Source of the DNA: Promethearchaeia archaeon
GTDB lineage: Archaea > Asgardarchaeota > Lokiarchaeia > Sigyniarchaeales > SOKP01
Assembly: GCA_029856045.1 (NCBI GenBank)
Contig: JAHQWG010000053.1
Coordinates: 1 to 64,000 of the forward strand
DNA length: 64,000 nucleotides
Reading direction: 5' to 3'
Shown: positions 28,867 through 38,376 of the stretch, piece by piece
How positions within the stretch are numbered: the stretch's first letter is position 1
How the letters are laid out: each line of letters starts with the position of its first letter
The notes under the pieces: generated by a model
Databases searched by the model: none
What the model saw: only the letters and a program-made list of their open reading frames with translations
Told to the model about the DNA's origin: nothing
Translations under genes and position numbers: made by a program

Positions 28867-30276
28867 ATGAGCACATCTGAAAATGATATAAAAAGATCAA
28901 AATTTTCATATAAACGCGGACTTGCCTATAGTATCGGCCAAATGTCAGATATTACATCATACCAAACATTTACATTCTTAGTATTTACTTTTTACTATGC
29001 TGTTGTTGGAATTAACGTATTTTTAATAACGATCGGTTTTATAATATGGGCTTTCTGGAATAGTTTCAACGATTTTCTTATCGGATATTTATCAGACAGA
29101 ACACATACAAAATGGGGAAGGAGGTATCCTTATATAATGTTTTCAATAATTCCTTTAGCATTCATAATGTTTTTTCTATTTACACCTCTATTTCCCATAG
29201 GTACAGATTATCAAATCGCAAACTTTGTATATTTTTTAATAATAATTATTATCTTTGAACTGTTTTTTACAATGTACGACTTAAATTATACTGCACTTTT
29301 TCCTGAATTATTTCTAACCCTTGAAGAAAGAACAAAAGCCAACAATTTAAGACAAGCATTTGCGATTATTGGATTAATTATGGCTTTTGTTCTGCCTGGA
29401 TTGTTCATTACCGATTACTCTGACCCTCAATACCTTGGAGAATATCAGTTATTTGGAATAATTATTGCGATAATTGTTATCATCCCGGGACTCATTTTTC
29501 TTAAAATAACTCCTAGAGAAAAAGCTGAATTTCAACAGGATTATAAAAAAACGCCAAGATTCATTAATTCCCTTAAAACTTGTGTTAAAAGTAAAAGTTT
29601 TATGTGGTATATTCCTGCAGAAGTTGCAAATTGGTTTGTATACGGTATTCTACCTGCGATTGTTCCACTGTATGGAAAATTTGTCTTAGAAATTACGGAT
29701 ACATTACTTCTCTCTCTATTATTAGGAGTTGCATTCATTTCTGCGGCTATTTTTATGACTATATTATGGAAACCAGTTGTTCAAAAGATTGGACCAAGGA
29801 AGTCTTGGTTAATGTCTATGTCAATATGGATAGCGACGCTTATACCTCTATTGTTCATTGGGGATATGATCTCAGGATTCATTGTTTTTTTTTTAATAGG
29901 TATCGGCTTATCTGGCTCGCTATATATAATTGATATTATTATTTCTGATATCATTGATGAAGATGAGATTAATACTGGAATACGTAGAGAAGGAGCATAT
30001 TATGGAGTGAATATGTTCCTAATGCACTTATCGACAGTTTTTGTGTTTTTAGCCATAAGTTCAGTATTTACGACCGTCGGTTGGGCTGTATTTGAGCCAG
30101 AAAACATAACTCCAGAGATCATTTTTGGACTTAGAAGTCTAATGGCTATCTTTCCATCAATTGCTATATTTATTGCTCTTCTTGTTATATATAAATATCC
30201 TTTAGATGGAGAACGGTTAAAACAAGTTAAGCAACAACGCGAAAAATTACACGAAGAAAAGAAATCAAAAATATAA
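28867..30276 (+). CDS. MFS transporter, GPH/MelB family
   Basis: ND...GYLSDRTHTKWGRRYPY; DIIDEDE..TG.RREG.YYG. Confidence 0.92.
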   Translation: MSTSENDIKRSKFSYKRGLAYSIGQMSDITSYQTFTFLVFTFYYAVVGINVFLITIGFIIWAFWNSFNDFLIGYLSDRTHTKWGRRYPYIMFSIIPLAFIMFFLFTPLFPIGTDYQIANFVYFLIIIIIFELFFTMYDLNYTALFPELFLTLEERTKANNLRQAFAIIGLIMAFVLPGLFITDYSDPQYLGEYQLFGIIIAIIVIIPGLIFLKITPREKAEFQQDYKKTPRFINSLKTCVKSKSFMWYIPAEVANWFVYGILPAIVPLYGKFVLEITDTLLLSLLLGVAFISAAIFMTILWKPVVQKIGPRKSWLMSMSIWIATLIPLLFIGDMISGFIVFFLIGIGLSGSLYIIDIIISDIIDEDEINTGIRREGAYYGVNMFLMHLSTVFVFLAISSVFTTVGWAVFEPENITPEIIFGLRSLMAIFPSIAIFIALLVIYKYPLDGERLKQVKQQREKLHEEKKSKI

Positions 30277-30346
30277 TAACTTTCTTTTTTTTATTTTTTC
30301 TATATTTTTTCTATTTTATTTCTAAGGTATTTCAAATGAAAATTTT

Positions 30347-31513
30347 TTAAATCGGATATTTACCGCATTTTTGTACAGTCTCTTGCATTGCAAGAAAATT
30401 TTCTAATTTAATCGCTGGATTAATACTATGTCCAGAACTTAAGATAAATCCTCCCCCAGGAGCAATCTCTTCAATTAATTTTCTGACATAATTGCGGATA
30501 TATTCCGGATCTTTATTTGCAAGATCCATCGGACTTACATTTCCTATGAATGAAATTTTATCTCCATATTTTTGATTTAATTTGAAAATATTATATTCAG
30601 GATTAGCCGTTGTGGGCTCAAGAGGATGAATTGCATCTACACCACATTTAATAATATCCTCAAAAATTTGATAAACATCTCCACAACTATGTAAAATTAA
30701 TTTTAACCCACCTTTATGAGCCGTTTTACAAATCTGTTCTAACCAAGGAAGCACATATTTTCGATAATTTCTAGGGCTCATTAATAATCCCGCTTTATAC
30801 CCATAATCGTCACCAACCAGAATTGAGCCTGTTTCGCCCCAATCAATAATTCGTTTTACCATTTCAACAGCAAATTTTCCTCTATCATCAAATATTTTTT
30901 TCATTTGCTTTTGTCGAGCTAATAGTCTACTAAAGTTCTCCAATCCAAATCCTTGCCATGTTGGTTCCATCATTCCAAAAATACCTGGAATGAAATAAAC
31001 TTTTTTATCATATTTCTTTTCCATTTCTTTTGACATTTTATAAACATTTTCTCTAACAGGATTATCAGGATCTAAAGGCGGAAATGATTCATAATCCTCA
31101 AAATCTTTCAAAGTTCCACCTATATAATAAAGAATATCCATATTATCGGAAGGATTTTTTTTAATATGTAAGAGTCTGCCAGTTTCATCTATAAATCCAT
31201 TTTTGTCATAATAAAGAGGATAATAACCTAACCATACTGAACCTAGGTCTAATCCGATTTTTTTATAAAGTTCCATTGCAGGTTTTACAGCAAGACCTGG
31301 TTTTGAAAACTTATTGCTTATTTTTGTTAACAAATTTTTATTTCCAAGTAATAAATAATACATTCTCTTGAGTAATTTCCCTGTTCCTTGAAATCCATAT
31401 TTAACGTTAAAGTGAGAACATATTTCCAGATTATCTATCGATATTTCAAAAGTTGGAACACGATCTGGCTCTTCATGATTTATAGCTGTCAGCATTCTCT
31501 CTTGAGCATTCAT
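30347..31513 (-). CDS. UroD/MtaA-family protein (corrinoid methyltransferase-like)
   Basis: ER...AI.HEEPDRVP, GDDYG, HSCG, GNVSP, GGGFILSSGHSI. Confidence 0.88.
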   Translation of the reverse strand: MNAQERMLTAINHEEPDRVPTFEISIDNLEICSHFNVKYGFQGTGKLLKRMYYLLLGNKNLLTKISNKFSKPGLAVKPAMELYKKIGLDLGSVWLGYYPLYYDKNGFIDETGRLLHIKKNPSDNMDILYYIGGTLKDFEDYESFPPLDPDNPVRENVYKMSKEMEKKYDKKVYFIPGIFGMMEPTWQGFGLENFSRLLARQKQMKKIFDDRGKFAVEMVKRIIDWGETGSILVGDDYGYKAGLLMSPRNYRKYVLPWLEQICKTAHKGGLKLILHSCGDVYQIFEDIIKCGVDAIHPLEPTTANPEYNIFKLNQKYGDKISFIGNVSPMDLANKDPEYIRNYVRKLIEEIAPGGGFILSSGHSINPAIKLENFLAMQETVQKCGKYPI

Positions 31514-31682
31514 ATTAATCTAATAAACAGCTATAATTATTTAATTTTTTATTAAAAAATCTAATACTTTATTGAGATAATAAATCGATTTTAATGTGAT
31601 TATTTTGTAAATATTTATTTTATTTAGTCAATAAAGATTATTATAGAATTTATTCTAAAATAAAAATTTATAAGGATTTATC

Positions 31683-33074
31683 ATGAATAGAAAAGAAAGT
31701 AAAACAGGTAAAATTGCAGTGTTCTTTAGTTGCGGTCAATTATCAGACATAATATCGTATCAAGCTTTTACATTTTTAATATTTACTTTTTATTATTCCG
31801 TCATTGGAATTAATGTGGGTTTGATAACAATTGGTTTTATTATATGGTCAATTTGGAATAGTATAAACGATCCTGTATTAGGATATTTATCAGATAGGAC
31901 ACATACCAAATGGGGGCGTCGGATACCCTATATAATGATAGCATTAATCCCATTAGCGTTGATCATGTTTCTACTTTTTACTCCGCCAAAATCTATAGGG
32001 ATAACTAATGAAATTTCTAATTTTGTCTATTTTTTTATCATAATTATTGTTTTTGAACTATTCTATACAATGTATAGCTTAAATTTAACCTCCATGTTTC
32101 CTGAAACATTTATCTCTAAAGAAGAAAGGATAAAGGGTAATAATATAAGGCAAGTATTTAGCATAATTGGGTTAGTAATAGCTTTTATTTTACCAAGCTT
32201 ATTCATTTCGGATTACTCAGACCCTCAATATTTGAATCAATATCAATCTTTTGGAATAGTTATTATGATAATTGTTATTATTTTTGGAATAATTTTCTTA
32301 AAATTCGGTCCAAAAGAGAAACCTGAATTTAAGGATGATTATAGAAATGCACCAGCCTTTATTAACTCTATAAAAACCAGCCTAAAGAGTAAATCTTTCA
32401 TGTGGTACATTCCAGCAGAGATTGCAAACTGGTTCGTCTACGGAATGCTTCCAACAATAGTTCCGCTTTACGGGAAGTTTGTATTACATATTGAAGATAC
32501 ATTGCTTATATCATTATTATTAGGGTTAACTTTTATTTCGGCAGCGATATTTATTACAATCTTATGGAAACCAGTAGTTAAAAGGATAGGTAATAGAAAG
32601 GCGTGGATGATATCCATGTCAATTTGGATACTAACGCTTTTACCAATAATGTTTATTGATACTCTTATCCTTGGAATGATTGTATTCTTTCTGATAGGAA
32701 TTGGTCTGTCTGGATCACTATACATTATCGATTTAGTTGTTTCTGATATTATCGACGAAGACGAAATAAATACAAATATGCGTAGAGAAGCGAGCTATTA
32801 CGGTGTTAACGCTTTATTCTTACGAATGACAACAGTATTAGTGTTCTTAGCCATAAGTTCAGTTTTTACGAGCGTTGGTTGGGCTGTATTTGAGCCAGAA
32901 AACATAACTCCAGAAATAATATTCGGATTAAGATCATTAATGTTTATCTTTCCAGCGATAGCTTTAGGAATTGCTATTTTATCAATATACAAGTACCCTT
33001 TAGATGGAGAGAAATTATCGCAACTAAAAAGGGAACTACAAATAATTCACGATAAGAAAAAATCATCACTATAA
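31683..33074 (+). CDS. MFS transporter, GPH/MelB family (paralog of 28867..30276)
   Basis: Same motifs; colinear similarity with the upstream copy. Confidence 0.92.
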   Translation: MNRKESKTGKIAVFFSCGQLSDIISYQAFTFLIFTFYYSVIGINVGLITIGFIIWSIWNSINDPVLGYLSDRTHTKWGRRIPYIMIALIPLALIMFLLFTPPKSIGITNEISNFVYFFIIIIVFELFYTMYSLNLTSMFPETFISKEERIKGNNIRQVFSIIGLVIAFILPSLFISDYSDPQYLNQYQSFGIVIMIIVIIFGIIFLKFGPKEKPEFKDDYRNAPAFINSIKTSLKSKSFMWYIPAEIANWFVYGMLPTIVPLYGKFVLHIEDTLLISLLLGLTFISAAIFITILWKPVVKRIGNRKAWMISMSIWILTLLPIMFIDTLILGMIVFFLIGIGLSGSLYIIDLVVSDIIDEDEINTNMRREASYYGVNALFLRMTTVLVFLAISSVFTSVGWAVFEPENITPEIIFGLRSLMFIFPAIALGIAILSIYKYPLDGEKLSQLKRELQIIHDKKKSSL

Positions 33075-33155
33075 TTTTTTAATTTTTTTTTTTCCCATTC
33101 AGATTTTTTCCTAATAAAAAATAGATTTTTATAGAAAAATTAGGACTAGAAAATT

Positions 33156-33515
33156 ATGACTGAATTTCCAGAAAAAATTCTTGATGAGTTAGTAAATTTA
33201 AAATCTGAATTAAGAAAAATTGAGAGTAAGTTAGACAATATAATTGAGAATGTTAAATCTTCAAGTGCAAAAGGTCCCAGTGTTACACCAACCATTGAAA
33301 CTATTGAGATGAAAAAACCTTCACAAGTTGTTGAGGAACAAGAAGCTAAAGAAAAAATCGAAGAAAAACCAGTTGAGGGAAGAATTAAATGTCCCCAGTG
33401 TGGATCATTACAATTTTCTGAAGTCGAAGATAAAAGTAAAGTGTTATATTATCAAAGTGGTACACCAATATACGCTAAGAAAAAAATTTGTAGAAAATGC
33501 TCGACAGAATTTTAA
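33156..33515 (+). CDS. Coiled-coil plus C-terminal zinc-ribbon protein
   Basis: CPQCG...VEDKSKVL...IYAKKKICRKC. Confidence 0.75.
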   Translation: MTEFPEKILDELVNLKSELRKIESKLDNIIENVKSSSAKGPSVTPTIETIEMKKPSQVVEEQEAKEKIEEKPVEGRIKCPQCGSLQFSEVEDKSKVLYYQSGTPIYAKKKICRKCSTEF

Positions 33516-33589
33516 TAAAATATCTTTTTATTTTATTTCTCTTTTAGATATACTTCAAATCTCAGAAATAAAGAATTTTTGGAAGTGTT

Positions 33590-33988
33590 TTAAGTTTTGA
33601 TTGGCATATCTCTACTTGCTATAACATTAATTCCTAAGTCATGAATATTTTTAATTAAGATATCCCCCACTTTAATAGGTGCCTTGACCTTAATACTTGA
33701 GATTTCTCTAATTATATCAAACACAGATTCTTTAGGAATAGGGTTCTCCGTTCTTACTGGAATAATCGGTAAAAATCCATTCTCAACTCTCATTGTCGCT
33801 GTTATAATTCTTTGTGGTGCAGAAAACTCTTCTTTTGCATACTCCTCTCCCCTCTTACACCCAAAACCCCTAATCTTAACCTCTCCATCAACGTTTTCGA
33901 CTGTGATCTCGCAACCAGTTGGACATACTGTACATCTAATAACTTTTTTATCTTCCGACATCTTATCTTCCTTACTACTTTCCGACAA
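33590..33988 (-). CDS. DUF1667 CxxC protein (GlpA-operon small subunit)
   Basis: CTVCPTGC, GCKRGEEYA.EE..P.R. Confidence 0.88.
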   Translation of the reverse strand: MSESSKEDKMSEDKKVIRCTVCPTGCEITVENVDGEVKIRGFGCKRGEEYAKEEFSAPQRIITATMRVENGFLPIIPVRTENPIPKESVFDIIREISSIKVKAPIKVGDILIKNIHDLGINVIASRDMPIKT

Positions 33989-33991
33989 TAG

Positions 33992-35293
33992 TTATTCCAC
34001 CTCATCAATAACTTCTAATAATGACACAGGTAATACCTCAATTTTTAATTCTCTACAATTTGGAGAAATAACTTCAGATTTAAACTTTGTCCTGATTTCG
34101 ATCATTTCGCTTGGAATTACAAATGATCTTACTCTTTGATAAACAATTTTATTTACTTCTTTAATTACAATAATAACATCTCTATCGGGTTCTTTGACTC
34201 TTAAATGGAAATGCAAGAGATTCTCTAAATTGGAAAAATTCACATAATCAGGTTTTACATATCCAACATTTATCCCGGGAACTATCTTAATAAGGTCTTT
34301 TTTAATTTGTTCCTTATTAGATCTTTCTTTTATATATATAGCAGCATTTTCTCCTGCTCTTTTAGCTTCTGCAGAAACATTATCAACCAGATCATGAACT
34401 TGAAGAACATTTCCGCATGCAAAAATTCCGTCTATAGTTGTCTCTAAATAATTATCTACAACCGGACCTCCGTTAGTAGATAATTCTGCTCCTGCTTTAG
34501 TTGTTAATTCATTTTCAGGCAATAACCCAACTGATAAAAGTATCGAATCACATTCAATATATTCATCTGAACCTACAATCTGATCCCAGTTTTGATCTAC
34601 ACTGGAAATTGTAATACCTTCAACTCTATCTTTACCATGAATTTTTGTTATCGTATGATTTAAAATTAGAGGTATATTATAATCTTCCAAACATTGAACT
34701 TGATTTCTTATTAATCCACTTACATATGACTTAATTTCCACTACTGCTTTAACCTCACAACCCAACCAAGTTAATCTCCTTGCCATTATCATACCAATAT
34801 CTCCTGACCCTAAAATTACATAAGTTTTTCCAGGAAGATATCCTTCAATATTCACAAATCTTTGAGCTTGTCCGGCAGTATAAACTCCAGCTGGTCGAAA
34901 ACCTGGAATATTAATAGCTCCTCTTGTCTTTTCTCTGCATCCCATTGCTAAAATAATTGCTTTAGCCTTAATTTTTAAAAGACCCTCTTTTTTATTTACT
35001 GCATAAATTTCTTTGTCCTCAGTAATTTCTATTACCATTGTATCAAGTTTATATGGAATTTTTAATTCCTTCACTTCATCAATAAACCTTTGAATATATT
35101 CAGGTCCTGTAATCTCTTCTTTAAATATTTTGAGACCAAAACCATTGTGAATACATTGTAATGTGATACCACCGAGCTCATCATTTCTTTCTAATATCAA
35201 TACATCCATACCCTGTTTTTTAGCTTCAATTGCTGCTCCCAACCCTGCAGACCCTGCCCCAATAACTGCAATATCTACATCTAATGATTTCAC
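33992..35293 (-). CDS. NAD(P)/FAD-dependent oxidoreductase (GlpA-associated subunit)
   Basis: GAGSAG, QCIHNGFG, GPEY, AMGCREK.RG, ILGSGDIG, GNVLQVHDLVD. Confidence 0.9.
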   Translation of the reverse strand: MKSLDVDIAVIGAGSAGLGAAIEAKKQGMDVLILERNDELGGITLQCIHNGFGLKIFKEEITGPEYIQRFIDEVKELKIPYKLDTMVIEITEDKEIYAVNKKEGLLKIKAKAIILAMGCREKTRGAINIPGFRPAGVYTAGQAQRFVNIEGYLPGKTYVILGSGDIGMIMARRLTWLGCEVKAVVEIKSYVSGLIRNQVQCLEDYNIPLILNHTITKIHGKDRVEGITISSVDQNWDQIVGSDEYIECDSILLSVGLLPENELTTKAGAELSTNGGPVVDNYLETTIDGIFACGNVLQVHDLVDNVSAEAKRAGENAAIYIKERSNKEQIKKDLIKIVPGINVGYVKPDYVNFSNLENLLHFHLRVKEPDRDVIIVIKEVNKIVYQRVRSFVIPSEMIEIRTKFKSEVISPNCRELKIEVLPVSLLEVIDEVE

Positions 35294-36774
35294 TTTTCTG
35301 TAACCCCCTTTGATTCTTTTTTATCTTCTGTTAACTCTATACATAGCACATTATTTATTAAATAATGAGATCCTTTTCCTCTTTTAGTTACTTCCTTGTA
35401 AGGTATATTCAATTCTCGAGATAAAATTTCCATTACTCTTGGCTTACAAAAACCACCTTGACACCGTCCCATTCCAGCGCGACATCTAAACTTAATTCCA
35501 TCAACTGTTGTCGCTCCTACAGGACTATGAATTGCATTAACAATTTCTGCTTCAGGAATGGTCTCACACCTGCAAATAATTCGTCCCCATGCAGGATTTT
35601 CCTTAATTTTTTGGTTGAGTTTCATTTTAGTAAAATCCGAAAGATGTTCTGGTTTTGGTCTATATGAGTTATAATTCTCTTTTTCCTTCAATTCTTCACC
35701 TAAATCTTCGACTAAAATTCTCACAACTTCTTCTGCAATTGCAAATATGGCTGTAAGTCCCGGAGATAAAATTCCCGCAGCATTTACAAAACCAACCATC
35801 TCTGTCGCTTCTATGATGAAATCCATTGTATTTGAAACCGCACGTAATCCCGCAAAATTACGAATTGCTGCATTTAATGGTAAATTAGGAACAAGCTTTA
35901 ACCCCCCTGATAATATCTCCTTAAGCCCTCTAATTGTTGTAGATACATCCTCAATATCTAGAATATTATCTGCATTTGGACCAATAAATACATGACCATG
36001 AATAGTTGGTGATACTAAGATACCCTTAGATAACCTTGTTGGCATCGGAAATAGAACTTTATTAAGATGAATTGAATTTTTATCAAATAAAATATACTCC
36101 CCTCGTCGTGGATATATCTCAAAAGTATCAGCCCCGGCCATTCTTGAAATTTCAGCGGAATATAAACCTGCTGCATTAATTACAATCCTAGAAGTAAATT
36201 TCCTGGGTTTTGTTTTTACTTCAAAACCTGCGACTATTTTATTTATACCAATAACTTCATGCTCTCTAAAAAATTCAACTCCGTTCATATTCGCATTTTC
36301 GGCTAATGCAAATGTAAATTCGTAAGGACTTATAATTCCTCCACTTGGGGCATGAAGAACGGCTATTGCTTTATCTGTTAGTTGAGGTTCTATTTGTTTA
36401 ATTCGGTTTTTATCAATAATAATTTCTAAACCTGGAACACCATCTTCTGTACCATAATTTCTTTTATATACTAAATCTTTAATTTGTCTTTCTTCAAGTG
36501 CAACTACTAATGTTCCTATCCTTTTAAAGGGAAAATTTAATTCCTTATACGCCTGATCGAACAATTTATTCCCACGAATGCAAAATTCCCTCTTTTTATA
36601 TTTTCGATCTGCTGCATAACCCGCATGAACAACACCAGAATTACCTTTAGTCGTTCCTGATGCTATATCAGCCTCTTTCTCTAAAAGACAAATCTTTAAA
36701 TCATAACGAGAAAGGGTTCTAGCTATACAACACCCAGTAACTCCCCCACCAATAATAATTACATCATAATCCAT
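35290..36774 (-). CDS. FAD-dependent glycerol-3-phosphate dehydrogenase-like protein (GlpA/LhgO) with BFD-like [2Fe-2S] domain
   Basis: GGGVTG, TTKGNSGVVHAG, ICRCE, RAGMGRCQGGFC. Confidence 0.88.
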   Translation of the reverse strand: MDYDVIIIGGGVTGCCIARTLSRYDLKICLLEKEADIASGTTKGNSGVVHAGYAADRKYKKREFCIRGNKLFDQAYKELNFPFKRIGTLVVALEERQIKDLVYKRNYGTEDGVPGLEIIIDKNRIKQIEPQLTDKAIAVLHAPSGGIISPYEFTFALAENANMNGVEFFREHEVIGINKIVAGFEVKTKPRKFTSRIVINAAGLYSAEISRMAGADTFEIYPRRGEYILFDKNSIHLNKVLFPMPTRLSKGILVSPTIHGHVFIGPNADNILDIEDVSTTIRGLKEILSGGLKLVPNLPLNAAIRNFAGLRAVSNTMDFIIEATEMVGFVNAAGILSPGLTAIFAIAEEVVRILVEDLGEELKEKENYNSYRPKPEHLSDFTKMKLNQKIKENPAWGRIICRCETIPEAEIVNAIHSPVGATTVDGIKFRCRAGMGRCQGGFCKPRVMEILSRELNIPYKEVTKRGKGSHYLINNVLCIELTEDKKESKGVTEK

Positions 36775-36978
36775 TAAATTCAGTTCCGAAAAATTATTTT
36801 TACAAAATCAAATTCATTGATAATAATCTTAATTTAAATAAATAAAAGCAATTAAAAATCCTTTACTTTAATTGGGATTCCCTAAGAAGTTAATTATAAT
36901 ATTCCCTTAATAAAAATTTGCTAAATAATATTAAAAAAAACACTTGAATGTCGAGATCAAATAGGTTAAAAGCCAAAT

Positions 36979-37329
36979 TTAAAATAAAATTAAAAATAAC
37001 ATTGTTATATTAAAAATACACCACAATATGAGTAAAGCTTTAACTAAAGGATTGAATAATATCCAATTCCCCTTTTTTACAATATTGTAATAAAAAATAC
37101 GACTTTTTAAAATCCCCATAATAGAATTTGATGTATTAAAATGGTCTCTTTTACTAAAATTACTCCCTAAAAATCTTGGACTCGATAAATTTTTAATAAA
37201 ATTATCAATATCTATTGTGGATGATAAATCAAGATCCCTAGAAACCTTTAATTCATTTACATCTTTAATAATTCCTAACTTATCAAAAATTTTTTTGTTC
37301 CTAATGTAAAAATCTTCAAAAATTCTCAT
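36979..37329 (-). CDS. Hypothetical protein with C-terminal TM
   Basis: 116-aa ORF with hydrophobic C-terminus. Confidence 0.5.
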   Translation of the reverse strand: MRIFEDFYIRNKKIFDKLGIIKDVNELKVSRDLDLSSTIDIDNFIKNLSSPRFLGSNFSKRDHFNTSNSIMGILKSRIFYYNIVKKGNWILFNPLVKALLILWCIFNITMLFLILF

Positions 37330-37562
37330 ATTTTTAATATTAAAGATTTAGTGTTTCTTAATATATTCTATTTTATTATAAACAAATCATTGTATAAATT
37401 TTTTATTACTTCAAAAAAAAATAAGAAACGTAAATAATGGAATTTTTCATTATCTCTTACTAAATAGATGATTCAACAATTTATAAAATAACAGGGGAAA
37501 TTAAAAATATCCTTGATATTATAAAAATAAGTTTAAAAAAGAACATTTATTCATATTTAATC

Positions 37563-37979
37563 ATGCCTAGCCTATTAGATACTATATTAGATATTTTTGA
37601 AGTAAAAAATATAGAGAAAATTGATCAAGAAGAATTAATCGAGAACCTAAGTTATGCAGGCGATGTAATCCAAGAAAATCTGGAAGAAAGTATGCAAAAA
37701 GATAAATCCCTTAAACTCTCCGATGATATCTTATATTGTGTGAATGGTGATGTGTGGGAAGAAAATAATAAGCTCTATTTGGAACTCGATCTTAGTAGAG
37801 AAGATACTTCCACCGAAGATGAAGATGAAGCATCTAAACCAGTTTTCGCTTCCGGAACTCCAATAGAGATCTGTAAAATTTCATCAGATATGAAAAATGC
37901 AGAAATCATCCAAAAAGTCCAAGAAAAAATTGATGAATTTCAAGAAAAATTCCTAAACCTTATTAAAGCTACAAAATAG
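37563..37979 (+). CDS. Acidic hypothetical protein
   Basis: 138-aa ORF followed by a T-rich tract. Confidence 0.75.
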   Translation: MPSLLDTILDIFEVKNIEKIDQEELIENLSYAGDVIQENLEESMQKDKSLKLSDDILYCVNGDVWEENNKLYLELDLSREDTSTEDEDEASKPVFASGTPIEICKISSDMKNAEIIQKVQEKIDEFQEKFLNLIKATK

Positions 37980-38053
37980 TTATTTTCCTTTATTATTTTT
38001 TTTTATTTTCAAAAAAAGTAATTTAAATTGAAATCTAAAGAATAAGTCTTATT

Positions 38054-38260
38054 TTAATCATCCCCAGATACTTTCACTGGCGATTTTGATTCAATTTTCT
38101 GAACATTTGTGTAAAAATCCTTAACCTCACTTAACTCCGTTGTTACAATCGTATGCCTTGCGTGGTCTTTTTCAAACTTATTTACTATCTGAGAACTTAA
38201 GAAATTATCTGGATGAATTAGTACATACTGTTTACACTTTAAACAAGCACGTACTCGAAT
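38054..38260 (-). CDS. 68-aa CxxC...HxxH zinc-finger-like protein with apparent ATT start (not in ORF track)
   Basis: (M)RVRACLKCKQYVLIHPDNFLSSQIVNKFEKDHARHTIVTTELSEVKDFYTNVQKIESKSPVKVSGDD*; GAGGT Shine-Dalgarno just upstream. Confidence 0.75.
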   Translation of the reverse strand: MRVRACLKCKQYVLIHPDNFLSSQIVNKFEKDHARHTIVTTELSEVKDFYTNVQKIESKSPVKVSGDD

Positions 38261-38376
38261 CTTAATTACCTCAATATAATTTTTTTAATTACACTATTAA
38301 ATATCATAAATTAAAAGGAAATAAATGTTTTGTGTCTTTAAAATTTGAAATACTATCACGAACAATTCGTTTGATT

